A stretch of DNA of 27,670 nt, taken from an uncultured Dehalococcoidales bacterium. Its GTDB lineage: Bacteria > Chloroflexota > Dehalococcoidia > GIF9 > AB-539-J10. The notes below the pieces were generated by a model that searched no databases, had not been told where the DNA came from, and saw only the letters and a program-made list of their open reading frames with translations. The position numbers and the translations under genes are program-made. The DNA is taken from positions 1 through 27,670 of the forward strand of contig CAZCKW010000001.1 of the NCBI GenBank assembly GCA_964499375.1, read 5' to 3'. Of the stretch, positions 19,332-27,670 are shown one piece after another (within the stretch, counting starts at the first letter, position 1; every line of letters starts with the position of its first letter).

Positions 19332-19982
19332 ATGTATATCGTCATACTTGGTGCTCCAGGTGCAGGGAAAGGAACCCAGGCAGATACTATTTGCAAAGAG
19401 ATGACTCTACCCCATGTTGCCTCTGGTGACCTATTTCGGAAAGCGTTAGCCGAAAAAACCGAATTAGGACTCCTGGCCAAAAGCTATATGGAAAAGGGGA
19501 AATTGGTTCCTGATGAAATAACAATCAATATGATTCTGGAAAGAGTAAGTTCGCCTGATTGTGACGCAGGATGCCTTTTTGACGGTTTCCCCCGAACTTT
19601 GAAACAAGCCCGAGCTTTGGATAACGCTTTGACCAAGCAAGGAAAAAGCATAGATAAAGCAATATATATTGAAGTGGAGGATGAGGAACTTGTGAATCGC
19701 CTCAGTGGACGTTGGATTTGCTACAGTTGTCAAACACCTTATCACTTAATAGCTTCACCACCTAAAATACAGGGGAAATGTGACAAATGTGGTGGTGAGT
19801 TATATCAGCGTCCTGATGATAAAAAGGATACGATAAGGGAACGCTTGAAGGTTTTTTATGAACTCACTATTCCCATCCTTGATTATTACCGGAAGCAGAA
19901 TAAATTAATAGAAATCGATGGCAATCTTGGAATACCCGAGGTAGCGCAAGAAATACTGTCTATACTTAAGGCTGGAAGATAA
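19332..19982 (+). CDS. adk: Adenylate kinase with Zn-lid (start ATG 19332 or GTG 19314)
   Basis: GAPGAGKGTQ P-loop, DGFPR, lid CxxC…CxxC. Confidence 0.98.
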   Translation: MYIVILGAPGAGKGTQADTICKEMTLPHVASGDLFRKALAEKTELGLLAKSYMEKGKLVPDEITINMILERVSSPDCDAGCLFDGFPRTLKQARALDNALTKQGKSIDKAIYIEVEDEELVNRLSGRWICYSCQTPYHLIASPPKIQGKCDKCGGELYQRPDDKKDTIRERLKVFYELTIPILDYYRKQNKLIEIDGNLGIPEVAQEILSILKAGR

Positions 19983-20720
19983 GTGATCATCATTAAATCC
20001 TCTGAAGAGATAGCTATTATGCGGCAATGCGGTGGGATTCTAGCAGCTATTCTGGATAAATTAAGAATACAAGTGAAGCCGGGAATTTTAACTGAGCAGC
20101 TGGATATTATAATGGTTGAAGAATCAAAGAGGAGAGGAGTCAAACCATCTTTTAAGAACTATCATGGTTTTCCCTCCAATCTGTGTGTCTCTGTGAACGA
20201 TGAGATAGTTCACGGCATTCCTGGCAAGAGAGTACTAGAGGATGGAGATATTGTCTCCTTGGATGCAGGAGTTATTTACAGGGGATTTCACACAGACTCA
20301 GCTATAACTGTCGGTGTGGGAGAGATAAAGCCAGAAAACAGGGAACTTATAGAAGTTACCGAAAATAGTTTGAAGGCTGGCATTGCTCAGGCTAATTGTG
20401 AGGCGCATATTGGAGATATTTCGGCTGCTATCCAAGATTATATTGAATCGAGAGGGTTCTCTGTGGTTAGAGAGTATACAGGGCATGGAGTAGGAAGAAG
20501 TTTGCATGAGGACCCACAAGTCCCCAACTTCACCTTTAAAAAAGGGAGCCTGCTCCGCAAGGGAATGACTTTAGCCATCGAGCCAATGGTCAATGCCGGT
20601 GACTGGCATACCAGATTGGCTCCCAACCGATGGACGGTACTAACAACCGATGGAGGCTTTTCAGCGCACTTTGAACATACCATCGCCATCACCGACGACA
20701 AAGCTGAGATACTTACTTGA
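19983..20720 (+). CDS. map: Methionine aminopeptidase type I
   Basis: SVNDEIVHGIP, GHGVGRSLHEDP, AIEPM, HFEHT. Confidence 0.98.
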   Translation: MIIIKSSEEIAIMRQCGGILAAILDKLRIQVKPGILTEQLDIIMVEESKRRGVKPSFKNYHGFPSNLCVSVNDEIVHGIPGKRVLEDGDIVSLDAGVIYRGFHTDSAITVGVGEIKPENRELIEVTENSLKAGIAQANCEAHIGDISAAIQDYIESRGFSVVREYTGHGVGRSLHEDPQVPNFTFKKGSLLRKGMTLAIEPMVNAGDWHTRLAPNRWTVLTTDGGFSAHFEHTIAITDDKAEILT

Positions 20721-20735
20721 ATATTAAAGGAACAA

Positions 20736-20954
20736 ATGCCCAAAAAAGAAAAGATAGAGGTTGAAGGTAAAGTAACTGTATGTTTGCCCAACACGATGTT
20801 TCGGGTGGAGCTAGCTAATGGCCATATTGTATTGGCTCACATTTCAGGAAGGATGAGAAAGCATTATATCAAGATTCTGCCTGGGGATAGGGTGTTAGTG
20901 GAGCTCTCTCCCTATGATCTAAGCCGTGGGAGAGTTACCTATCGGCTTAAATAG
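20736..20954 (+). CDS. infA: Translation initiation factor IF-1
   Basis: [28 protein letters not shown]. Confidence 0.99.
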   Translation: MPKKEKIEVEGKVTVCLPNTMFRVELANGHIVLAHISGRMRKHYIKILPGDRVLVELSPYDLSRGRVTYRLK

Positions 20955-20963
20955 GCGCTACCT

Positions 20964-20992
20964 TTGACAGAATGAGTAAAAAAGTTTATCAT
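20964..20992 (+). promoter_or_regulatory. Internal sigma70 promoter for rpmJ and the alpha operon
   Basis: TTGACA (20964-69), 17 nt spacer, TATCAT (20987-92). Confidence 0.8.
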
Positions 20993-21020
20993 AGTAGGGT
21001 TTTATTGCTGGTAATTAGAA

Positions 21021-21134
21021 ATGAAAGTAAGTGCTTCAGTTAAGCGCCGTTGTAATAAGTGTAAGATTATCAAAAGGAAGGGAGTCGTTAGAGTCATCTG
21101 TGAGAATCCAAAGCATAAACAGAGACAAGGTTAA
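21021..21134 (+). CDS. rpmJ: 50S ribosomal protein L36 (Zn-binding form); not in the ORF track
   Basis: [37 protein letters not shown], 37 aa. Confidence 0.99.
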   Translation: MKVSASVKRRCNKCKIIKRKGVVRVICENPKHKQRQG

Positions 21135-21140
21135 CAAATC

Positions 21141-21530
21141 ATGGCACGCATCGCTGGTATAGACCTTCCCAAGAATAAGCCAGTTAAAGTGGCGTTGCAA
21201 TATATTTATGGCATTGGGCCTACGTTAAGTAATAAGATTTTAATTACTACTGGCATTGACCCAGATACCAAGGTCAAGGATCTCGCTGAGGAACAAGTTA
21301 GCGTGCTCCACAGCGTTATTGACACACAGTATAAAGTGGAAGGTGACCTCCGAAGGGAGGTTCAATTTAATATTAAACGCCTTATCGACATCGGTAGCAT
21401 ACGAGGGATGAGGCATCGCATGAACTTGCCAGTTCATGGCCAAAGGACACGCACTAATGCTCGCACTAAGAGGGGTGCGAGAAAGACAGTAGCTGGCAGA
21501 GGCCAGAGGCGAGGCGTAGCCAAAAAGTAA
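21141..21530 (+). CDS. rpsM: 30S ribosomal protein S13
   Basis: [22 protein letters not shown]. Confidence 0.99.
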   Translation: MARIAGIDLPKNKPVKVALQYIYGIGPTLSNKILITTGIDPDTKVKDLAEEQVSVLHSVIDTQYKVEGDLRREVQFNIKRLIDIGSIRGMRHRMNLPVHGQRTRTNARTKRGARKTVAGRGQRRGVAKK

Positions 21531-21549
21531 AAGAGGTTTTATATAACAA

Positions 21550-21942
21550 GTGCCAAAGAAGAGAAAAACCAGGACAGGTAAAAAAATACGCAAAGGGATT
21601 GTTGAAGGCAGGGCTTATATCCAATCCACTTTTAACAATACTATTATCACCATCACCGACATTGAGGGCAATGCCATTTCATGGGGAAGCTCAGGCGCAG
21701 CCAGGTTTAAAGGATCCAGAAAGGGTACCCCATACGCTGCCCAATTAGCTGCTCAAGATGCAGCGCGACAAGCAATGAATGATGGCTTACGTAAAGTAGA
21801 AGTCTACATTAAAGGTCCTGGTAGTGGTCGCGAGGCAGCTATCCGTGCCTTACAGGCCTCCGGGCTCACTGTTACCAGCATCAGGGATGTGACCCCTATT
21901 CCTCATGACGGTTGTCGCCCACGTGGAAGGAGAAGGGTATAA
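21550..21942 (+). CDS. rpsK: 30S ribosomal protein S11
   Basis: [30 protein letters not shown]. Confidence 0.99.
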   Translation: MPKKRKTRTGKKIRKGIVEGRAYIQSTFNNTIITITDIEGNAISWGSSGAARFKGSRKGTPYAAQLAAQDAARQAMNDGLRKVEVYIKGPGSGREAAIRALQASGLTVTSIRDVTPIPHDGCRPRGRRRV

Positions 21943-21943
21943 A

Positions 21944-22573
21944 ATGGCACGTTATATAGGACCCAGCTGTCGCTTATGTCGTCATCTTGGCGAGAAGCTG
22001 ATGCTCAAAGGAGAAAAATGCCCTAGTCCCAAGTGCCCCTTAGAAAGAAGGAGTGCTCGCTCAAAAAAGGGACGCTTTTCCAGCCGACAGAGGATTTCCG
22101 ATCGTGGGCTTCAATTGCGAGAAAAACAAAAAATCCGCTTTAGCTACGGTGTTCTGGAGCGGCAATTTCGCAAGATTTTTGCCAAGGCCATGAAAGCCCC
22201 AGGTAGCACCAGTGATAATCTTATGATACTGCTGGAAATGCGCTTGGATAACGTAGCCTACCGCTTGGGTTTTGCTGAGTCGCGCGCTCAAGCCAGACAA
22301 ATAGTTTCGCATGGCCACATCTCGGTTAATGGGCGCAAGGTGAACATACCTTCCTCCTTTATAAAATCGGGAGATATGATCGAGTGGCGAGAAACAAGCA
22401 CTGATACCGAATATTATAAGAGCTTGGTTGAGAGAATCAAGAATAACGTTATCCCTGCGTGGCTAAGCCTAGATGAAGAGAAAATGAAGGGTATTGTCTT
22501 AGCTCTACCTGGCTACGACGATATTGAGGATAGATTTAATGCCAAATCCGTTATTGCATATTACTCAAGATAA
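21944..22573 (+). CDS. rpsD: 30S ribosomal protein S4, Zn-binding form (start reassigned to ATG 21944)
   Basis: MARYIGPSCRLCR…C…C, LEMRLDNV, RAQARQIVSHGH. Confidence 0.99.
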   Translation: MARYIGPSCRLCRHLGEKLMLKGEKCPSPKCPLERRSARSKKGRFSSRQRISDRGLQLREKQKIRFSYGVLERQFRKIFAKAMKAPGSTSDNLMILLEMRLDNVAYRLGFAESRAQARQIVSHGHISVNGRKVNIPSSFIKSGDMIEWRETSTDTEYYKSLVERIKNNVIPAWLSLDEEKMKGIVLALPGYDDIEDRFNAKSVIAYYSR

Positions 22574-22595
22574 TCCGAAGGAGGATCTTTTACCA

Positions 22596-23540
22596 TTGGA
22601 GCTATCTATACCAAGTATAGATTGTGTTGAAAGCGCTGGCAATTATGGGCGTTTTTTTGCTGAGCCCTTGGAGAGTGGGTTCGGCATTACCGTGGGTAAT
22701 ACACTACGCCGCATGCTACTCAGTTCTTTACCCGGTGCTGCGGTAACCTGGGTTAAGATTGAAGGGATTCAGCATGAATTCTCAACCATACCCTATGTCA
22801 AAGAGGACATAATTGAATTTTTACTGAATGTTAAAGAGCTAAGGCTTCGCCCCCTTTCCCCTAGACCTGGCAAATTAATTCTAGAGGCCGAGGGTGAAGG
22901 CAGCGTTTGCGCAGCCGATATTAAACAGACAGTAGGTTTTCAGATTACAAATCCGGAGCTGTATCTGGCGACACTTGATTCTTCCCAAGCCAAACTTTAT
23001 GTTGAATTTAATGTGGAACTGGGGAGGGGTTATTCGCCTGCTAAGTCGGCTGACGGCTCGCCGGTGGGAGCAATACCCCTAGATGCTATCTTTACCCCAG
23101 TGCATAAAGCGAATTTCTCGGTGGAACCTATCAGACCCGGGGAAGGAAAAAGCCCAGAAAGACTCATTCTAGAAGTTTGGACAGATGGTACTATCTCGCC
23201 AAGGGAAGCAATCAAACAAAGTGTTAGCATCTTAATTGACCAACTTACTCCCTTCAAGGAACTCAAAACCCCGGCACCTGAGCAAGTAAGTATCGGTGAG
23301 GGTTTACTGATTCCTACCGAACAGTATAACACCCCTCTGGAGGAATTAGGGCTATCAACTCGAGCTTACAACAGCCTGAGAAGAGGTGGTATTTTAAATT
23401 TGGGACAACTTGTAGAGAAGAGCGGAGAAGGCTTGCCACCGCTACCTGGCTTTGGAACGAAGTCTCGAAATGAGGTGGAGGAACTGATAAAAAAACTAGG
23501 CTTCCCTGCTACCTTGACGACGAAGAAGAAGGATAAATGA
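22596..23540 (+). CDS. rpoA: RNA polymerase alpha subunit (probable TTG start 22596)
   Basis: [49 protein letters not shown]; SD AAGGAGG at 22578-84. Confidence 0.97.
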   Translation: MELSIPSIDCVESAGNYGRFFAEPLESGFGITVGNTLRRMLLSSLPGAAVTWVKIEGIQHEFSTIPYVKEDIIEFLLNVKELRLRPLSPRPGKLILEAEGEGSVCAADIKQTVGFQITNPELYLATLDSSQAKLYVEFNVELGRGYSPAKSADGSPVGAIPLDAIFTPVHKANFSVEPIRPGEGKSPERLILEVWTDGTISPREAIKQSVSILIDQLTPFKELKTPAPEQVSIGEGLLIPTEQYNTPLEELGLSTRAYNSLRRGGILNLGQLVEKSGEGLPPLPGFGTKSRNEVEELIKKLGFPATLTTKKKDK

Positions 23541-23890
23541 GGCATCGTATAGCTGGACGAAAGCTGGGTAGGCCTGCAAGTCACCGCTGGTTGCTATACA
23601 GAAATCTGGTAACTGATCTTCTGGCCTACGAGAAGCTCACCACCACGGAAGCTAAGGCTAAAGAAATCCGTAGCCTGGTGGAGAAGATGATTACCCTGGG
23701 GAAAGAGAACAGTCTTGCGTCAAGACGACGAGCTACAGCTTTTATAACTGATAAAAAAGTAGTTAAAAAATTGTTCGATAATATTGCCCCAGAGTATGCC
23801 GAACGAAGTGGGGGTTATACCCGATTGGTGAAGCTGGGACCTCGTCACGGTGATAATGCTCCCATGGCTCAAATCGAATTGGTTAAGTAG
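23537..23890 (+). CDS. rplQ: 50S ribosomal protein L17
   Basis: [26 protein letters not shown]. Confidence 0.99.
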   Translation: MRHRIAGRKLGRPASHRWLLYRNLVTDLLAYEKLTTTEAKAKEIRSLVEKMITLGKENSLASRRRATAFITDKKVVKKLFDNIAPEYAERSGGYTRLVKLGPRHGDNAPMAQIELVK

Positions 23891-24663
23891 TGAGCCTCAT
23901 AAAATTTGTTTTAGTCATAGAGTACAATGGCACGCAGTATCACGGACTTCAGTGGCAGGTCGGCTTACCTACTATTCAAGCTGAATTGGAGAAAGCTATA
24001 AAAAAACTTTATGGACAAAGTAGCAGAGTTATGGCAGCTAGTAGAACGGATGCCGGCGTACATGCCAGAGAGCAAGTATTGAGTTTCTGGGCGGAGCCAA
24101 CATTGGATACGACAACATTAGTTAAAGCACTAAATTACTACCTACCCAGAGATATTGCTGTCAAAGCAGCTCACAGGGTAAGCAAGGATTTTAATGTCAG
24201 GCGTGATGCTATTAGTCGGGAATATCGCTACTATATTCTGAATAGAGATGTTAGATCGCCATTTAGTGAAATATTTGCTCTATTTATACCCAAGATGCTA
24301 AACATCGAGGCTATGAACAAGGCATGTCAGCTCCTGCAGGGGGAGCATGACTTTATCTCTTTCGCCACCTCTCTGGATAACGTGAAAAGCACGGTGCGCT
24401 ACGCCTATGAAGCTAAAGTTGACAAAAGAGATGAATTTGTTATTTTCTGTATAGAGGCTAATTCCTTTTTACCTCATCAAGTACGTAATACGGTGGGGCC
24501 CTTAATAAGGTTGGGTCTAACCAAAATGAACATTGAGCAATTTCATGATATTATGGAGGCGAAGAAGCTGGGTTTGGCCGGGCCTACAGCTCCAGCTCGC
24601 GGCTTGTGCCTGACCAAGGTTAATTATTCTAAACCTATCGGAGAGTGCAGTGAAAACTTATAG
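23890..24663 (+). CDS. truA: tRNA pseudouridine(38-40) synthase
   Basis: [19 protein letters not shown] (catalytic Asp), [15 protein letters not shown]. Confidence 0.97.
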   Translation: MSLIKFVLVIEYNGTQYHGLQWQVGLPTIQAELEKAIKKLYGQSSRVMAASRTDAGVHAREQVLSFWAEPTLDTTTLVKALNYYLPRDIAVKAAHRVSKDFNVRRDAISREYRYYILNRDVRSPFSEIFALFIPKMLNIEAMNKACQLLQGEHDFISFATSLDNVKSTVRYAYEAKVDKRDEFVIFCIEANSFLPHQVRNTVGPLIRLGLTKMNIEQFHDIMEAKKLGLAGPTAPARGLCLTKVNYSKPIGECSENL

Positions 24664-25078
24664 TCCCAAAGCTAGCGATATCAGGCGAGAATGGCATATA
24701 ATTGATGCGTCAGGGAAAACTTTGGGCAGGCTAGCAACTCAGGTAGCGATCTTGCTTAAAGGTAAACATAAACCAATCTATGCTCCACACATAGATACTG
24801 GTGACTATGTTATAGTGATTAACGCTACTAAAGTAAAGGTGACTGGAAGGAAAACCGAGCAGAAGATTTACTACAGACACTCTGGATATCCCGGGGGTTT
24901 GAAACACCCAGCTTATAAAGATGTATTTAAGAGCCATCCAACTCGTGTTATCGAACTCGCTGTTAAAGGGATGCTGCCCCATAATCGTTTGGGCAGAGCC
25001 ATGTTCAGGAAACTTAGAGTTTATCCCGAAGATGAGCATCCTCATCATGCCCAGACTGTGGAAAGGAAGGACAATTAA
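24650..25078 (+). CDS. rplM: 50S ribosomal protein L13
   Basis: [27 protein letters not shown]. Confidence 0.99.
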   Translation: MKTYSPKASDIRREWHIIDASGKTLGRLATQVAILLKGKHKPIYAPHIDTGDYVIVINATKVKVTGRKTEQKIYYRHSGYPGGLKHPAYKDVFKSHPTRVIELAVKGMLPHNRLGRAMFRKLRVYPEDEHPHHAQTVERKDN

Positions 25079-25081
25079 GCT

Positions 25082-25477
25082 ATGAGTGCTGATAAATATA
25101 GTTATGGAACGGGCAAACGTAAGTGCGCTATAGCGCAGGTCAGGCTTTTCCCTGGTGATGGAGAGATAACAGTTAATGATAGACCTTATACAGAGGTCTT
25201 CACCCGTCTTTTGAACCGCCATGCGATTGAATCCCCCTTCCTGGTCAGTGACAACATGGGTAAATTTCGTACTTTGGTGAAAGTCAAAGGTGGTGGTATT
25301 AGTGGGCAGGCTGAAGCCATTCGATATGGTATTGCCAGGGCTCTTGTCAGGGAAAACGAGCTGTTTAAGCCCGTACTACGTAAGGAAGGCTTACTTACAC
25401 GAGATTCCAGGGTTAAAGAGCGCAAGAAGTACGGTCTCAAGCGGGCTCGCAAGGCACCACAATTTACTAAACGCTGA
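25082..25477 (+). CDS. rpsI: 30S ribosomal protein S9
   Basis: GGGISGQA, LLTRDSR, KKYGLKRARKAPQFTKR. Confidence 0.99.
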   Translation: MSADKYSYGTGKRKCAIAQVRLFPGDGEITVNDRPYTEVFTRLLNRHAIESPFLVSDNMGKFRTLVKVKGGGISGQAEAIRYGIARALVRENELFKPVLRKEGLLTRDSRVKERKKYGLKRARKAPQFTKR

Positions 25478-25519
25478 TTCCCAGGCTGCTACACACCTCC
25501 CCAATGGTCAATAGTAGAG

Positions 25520-26158
25520 TCACCTTATTCTGATTCGAATCAATATGTGTCCAGACTGGCCATCAGTTATCTGGCGAGCATCACTGAGTCTGACCTCACT
25601 GCCTTTCCCCACCCCTGGAGGAATCTTAACCTCTACACTTATTCCTCTCCTTCTCAGTAGCTTTACTGTTCCCTGTGAAGCCTCCTTGGACGTAATTGTG
25701 AGTTCGTAGCGGATATCCTGGCGTTTGACTTTCCTGGTCTGGCCAAATATCTCATATCCATCAATCCCTGCTCCTGGCTGAGTAAAATTCCCGAATGAGA
25801 ACGAGGAACCTCTATTCCTCATGAAACCAGAAAATATGTTGTCCAGAAAATCAAATCCAAGGCCAGCTCCCCTGAAATCCTTCATCATATCCTCGAAGGT
25901 TGTCCTGGTAAAGGGACTTCCAAAAATATCGCCAACATTACCAACTATGCCAAATTGGTCATATTGTCTTCTTTTCTGGGGATCACCGAGGACTCCGTAG
26001 GCTTCGTTTATCTCTTTGAATTTTTCATTAGCCCACTTTTATCTCCCCCTGTTGCGATCAGGGTGATATTGCATAGCCAGTTTTCTATAAGCCTTCTTAA
26101 TTGCATCATCAGAAGCGCTCCTCGGCACTCCCAGAATTTGATAGTACTCTCGAGCCAC
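25520..26158 (-). pseudogene. J-domain (DnaJ-like) gene, 212 codons, interrupted by an in-frame TAA at codon 40 (26039-26041)
   Basis: Minus strand from GTG 26158 (SD GAGGA): [11 protein letters not shown]…[50 protein letters not shown], continuing in frame into the track ORF 25520-25888 (DnaJ C-terminal-like, VKIPPGV). Confidence 0.85.
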
Positions 26159-26268
26159 TCTTATCCTCTAAATTTGAGCATATTCAAAAGAGAGCTATTG
26201 AGTTTGTTTGACCTGTGGGGAACTTCACCTGTCAACACGCGTTCCAAACCTGTCCATCACCACCAGAG

Positions 26269-26829
26269 TTACTCTTTTACCATTGGCTTCTGACGCCTGG
26301 AACGGCGTTTACCCGACCACAATCCTTGAAAAAATTTCTGGTTCAGCGGATGCCTGTTATCCGCCACATCTAAGAGATCTTTAGATACATTTCTTTCAAA
26401 GTAAGCCACTTCTATATGTTTGCCCATATTCTTCACAGCTTGAAGTGCATAAGCGAAATCAGCATCCCCACTAACCAACACCGCCACATCATAGAGGTTA
26501 ATCCAGGCAAAACGTAGCAGGTCGGTAGCCAGCATAACATCTATTCCTTTTTCAACCTGAACACCCTGCGACATCTTGGTGCCCCCCAATCGAACCTCCA
26601 GATATGGCGTTTTACGAAGTGTGTCAAGAAACTCCTGCTGTTCACGGTAGACATCAGGCCACTGTGCCGCATCCTGTAAGATGTTGTAATAATATACTCG
26701 GAATAACTGCCTCGAACCAGTGAGCTTACTGGCAAACTCTGCAAAGTTAAGATCGTGTCGTTTGAAGTTACTATGTAGAGCATGATATAAATTGCTTCCG
26801 TCTATAAAAATTGCAACCCTGTCACTCAT
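26269..26829 (-). CDS. NYN domain protein (LabA/DUF88 family, PIN-like fold); start reassigned to ATG 26829
   Basis: FIDGSN, EKGIDV…D, LVSGDADF, GKHIEV; SD AGGAG upstream. Confidence 0.92.
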   Translation of the reverse strand: MSDRVAIFIDGSNLYHALHSNFKRHDLNFAEFASKLTGSRQLFRVYYYNILQDAAQWPDVYREQQEFLDTLRKTPYLEVRLGGTKMSQGVQVEKGIDVMLATDLLRFAWINLYDVAVLVSGDADFAYALQAVKNMGKHIEVAYFERNVSKDLLDVADNRHPLNQKFFQGLWSGKRRSRRQKPMVKE

Positions 26830-26888
26830 AACCTTCTCCTTAAGCTTAAACAATATCTTCGAGTATTATTTAATCCTTTTCGAAACCC

Positions 26889-26918
26889 ATTATACAGCAG
26901 CAAGTCTTTCTATTTCAC
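26889..26918 (-). promoter_or_regulatory. Probable promoter for the NYN and J-domain genes
   Basis: Perfect TATAAT on the minus strand (26889-26894); weak -35 GTGAAA 18 nt upstream. Confidence 0.45.
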
Positions 26919-27031
26919 CTTTTCCCAGGTGAATCTTGTGCGTCTTATACATACAATGCTAGTATTGAGTATTAAGTCGGCAGGTTACCGTTTAAGAAAG
27001 CCTTTCCCACAAGGGACTCAATTCCTTCCAT

Positions 27032-27075
27032 TTATTGGTGTGTAGTATATTAATTATTGGTGTGTAGTATATTAA
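27032..27075 (+). repeat. Perfect 22-bp tandem duplication (TTATTGGTGTGTAGTATATTAA x2)
   Basis: Copies at 27032-27053 and 27054-27075, ending 3 nt before the MFS ATG. Confidence 0.95.
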
Positions 27076-27078
27076 GCG

Positions 27079-27670
27079 ATGCTTCTGAGTTGGAAACCTA
27101 CTAAAATATTCTACGGGTGGTGGATTGTTGCGGCGTCTTTAGTGATTGCGCTATATGCGGGAGGGGTTACCTTCTATGGGTTTACGGCCATTTTTGAGCC
27201 TATAGCGAACGAGTTCGGCTGGAGTTATACCCAAATTTCACTTGCGGCTTCGCTACGCGGCCTGGAGATGAGCTTTCTCGCACCTATAACCGGGAGGCTT
27301 GTAGACCGCTGGGGACCGAGGAGGCTGATATTCGGTGGGGCGATAATTATCTGCCTGGGGTTGATACTTCTCAGCCATACGACCTCCATTGGTATGTTCT
27401 ACGGAGCCTTCGCCTTGATAGCTATAGGCCTGGGTACCTGCACCAGCACAGTACTGATGACAGCAGTGGCTAACTGGTTTCGAAAGAGAGTAGGAACAGT
27501 AAGTGGTATTGTTGCTTCAGGTTTCGGTTTTGGTGGCTTACTAGTCCCGGTAATCGTTAACTTAATAGACACGCACGGGTGGAGAACGGCGATAAATACG
27601 CTAGCCTTCGGCATGCTGGCCATAGTTGTGCCACTATCGCTACTGTTTCGCCACAAGCCCGAACAGTACG
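27079..27670 (+). CDS. MFS transporter (OFA/monocarboxylate-porter-like), 3' truncated by the window; not in the ORF track
   Basis: Open frame to the window end: KIFYGWWIVAAS…EFGWSYTQIS…GRLVDRWGPRR (MFS motif A)…ANWFRKRVG…LFRHKPEQY. Confidence 0.9.
   Translation, partial: MLLSWKPTKIFYGWWIVAASLVIALYAGGVTFYGFTAIFEPIANEFGWSYTQISLAASLRGLEMSFLAPITGRLVDRWGPRRLIFGGAIIICLGLILLSHTTSIGMFYGAFALIAIGLGTCTSTVLMTAVANWFRKRVGTVSGIVASGFGFGGLLVPVIVNLIDTHGWRTAINTLAFGMLAIVVPLSLLFRHKPEQY

Noticed and set aside
6969-22595. N-terminal extensions on FusA, L5, L15, SecY, Adk, S4 and RpoA in the ORF track
   Set aside because: Artifacts of longest-ORF calling; downstream starts fit SD position and/or family N-termini better.
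912-25514. Many 60-170 aa alternative-frame or antisense ORFs (e.g. 2371-2775, 17005-17514, 20438-20794, 24731-25222)
   Set aside because: They overlap well-supported genes, have no recognisable motifs, and are expected by chance.
26159-26268. CIRCE/HrcA operator before the J-domain gene
   Set aside because: No TTAGCACTC-N9-GAGTGCTAA match seen.
25955-26293. 112-aa plus-strand ORF in the track
   Set aside because: Antisense shadow of the J-domain coding sequence on the minus strand.
27032-27075. 22-bp repeat as a CRISPR array
   Set aside because: Two adjacent copies, no spacer, no cas genes.

Overview
Two blocks. (1) 1-5.6 kb accessory island: fused TRAP DctQM permease, a ~408-codon double hot-dog/MaoC-like gene broken by one in-frame TAG, an iodotyrosine-deiodinase-like flavoenzyme, and a convergent lipoprotein TRAP DctP with its own promoter and terminator. 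(2) 5.9-25.5 kb: str-S10-spc-alpha ribosomal superoperon (rpsL to rpsI, with secY, adk, map, infA, rpoA, truA), followed by a J-domain gene with an internal TAA, an NYN-domain gene and the start of an MFS transporter. Gene order and protein features suggest Chloroflexota, class Dehalococcoidia (inference). Best find: an unlisted 31-aa TTG-start ORF (10965-11060) between rplW and rplB that matches small ribosomal protein bS22 / mitoribosomal mS38 (AURKAIP1/COX24 family). The same operon lacks rpmD (uL30) without a remnant, has a second unexplained insert between rplR and rpsE, and shows substitutions at normally conserved small-subunit residues. Together these suggest a remodelled ribosome or relaxed selection. 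No rRNA, tRNA, CRISPR array or mobile element was seen. All homology calls are from motif recognition; no searches were run.
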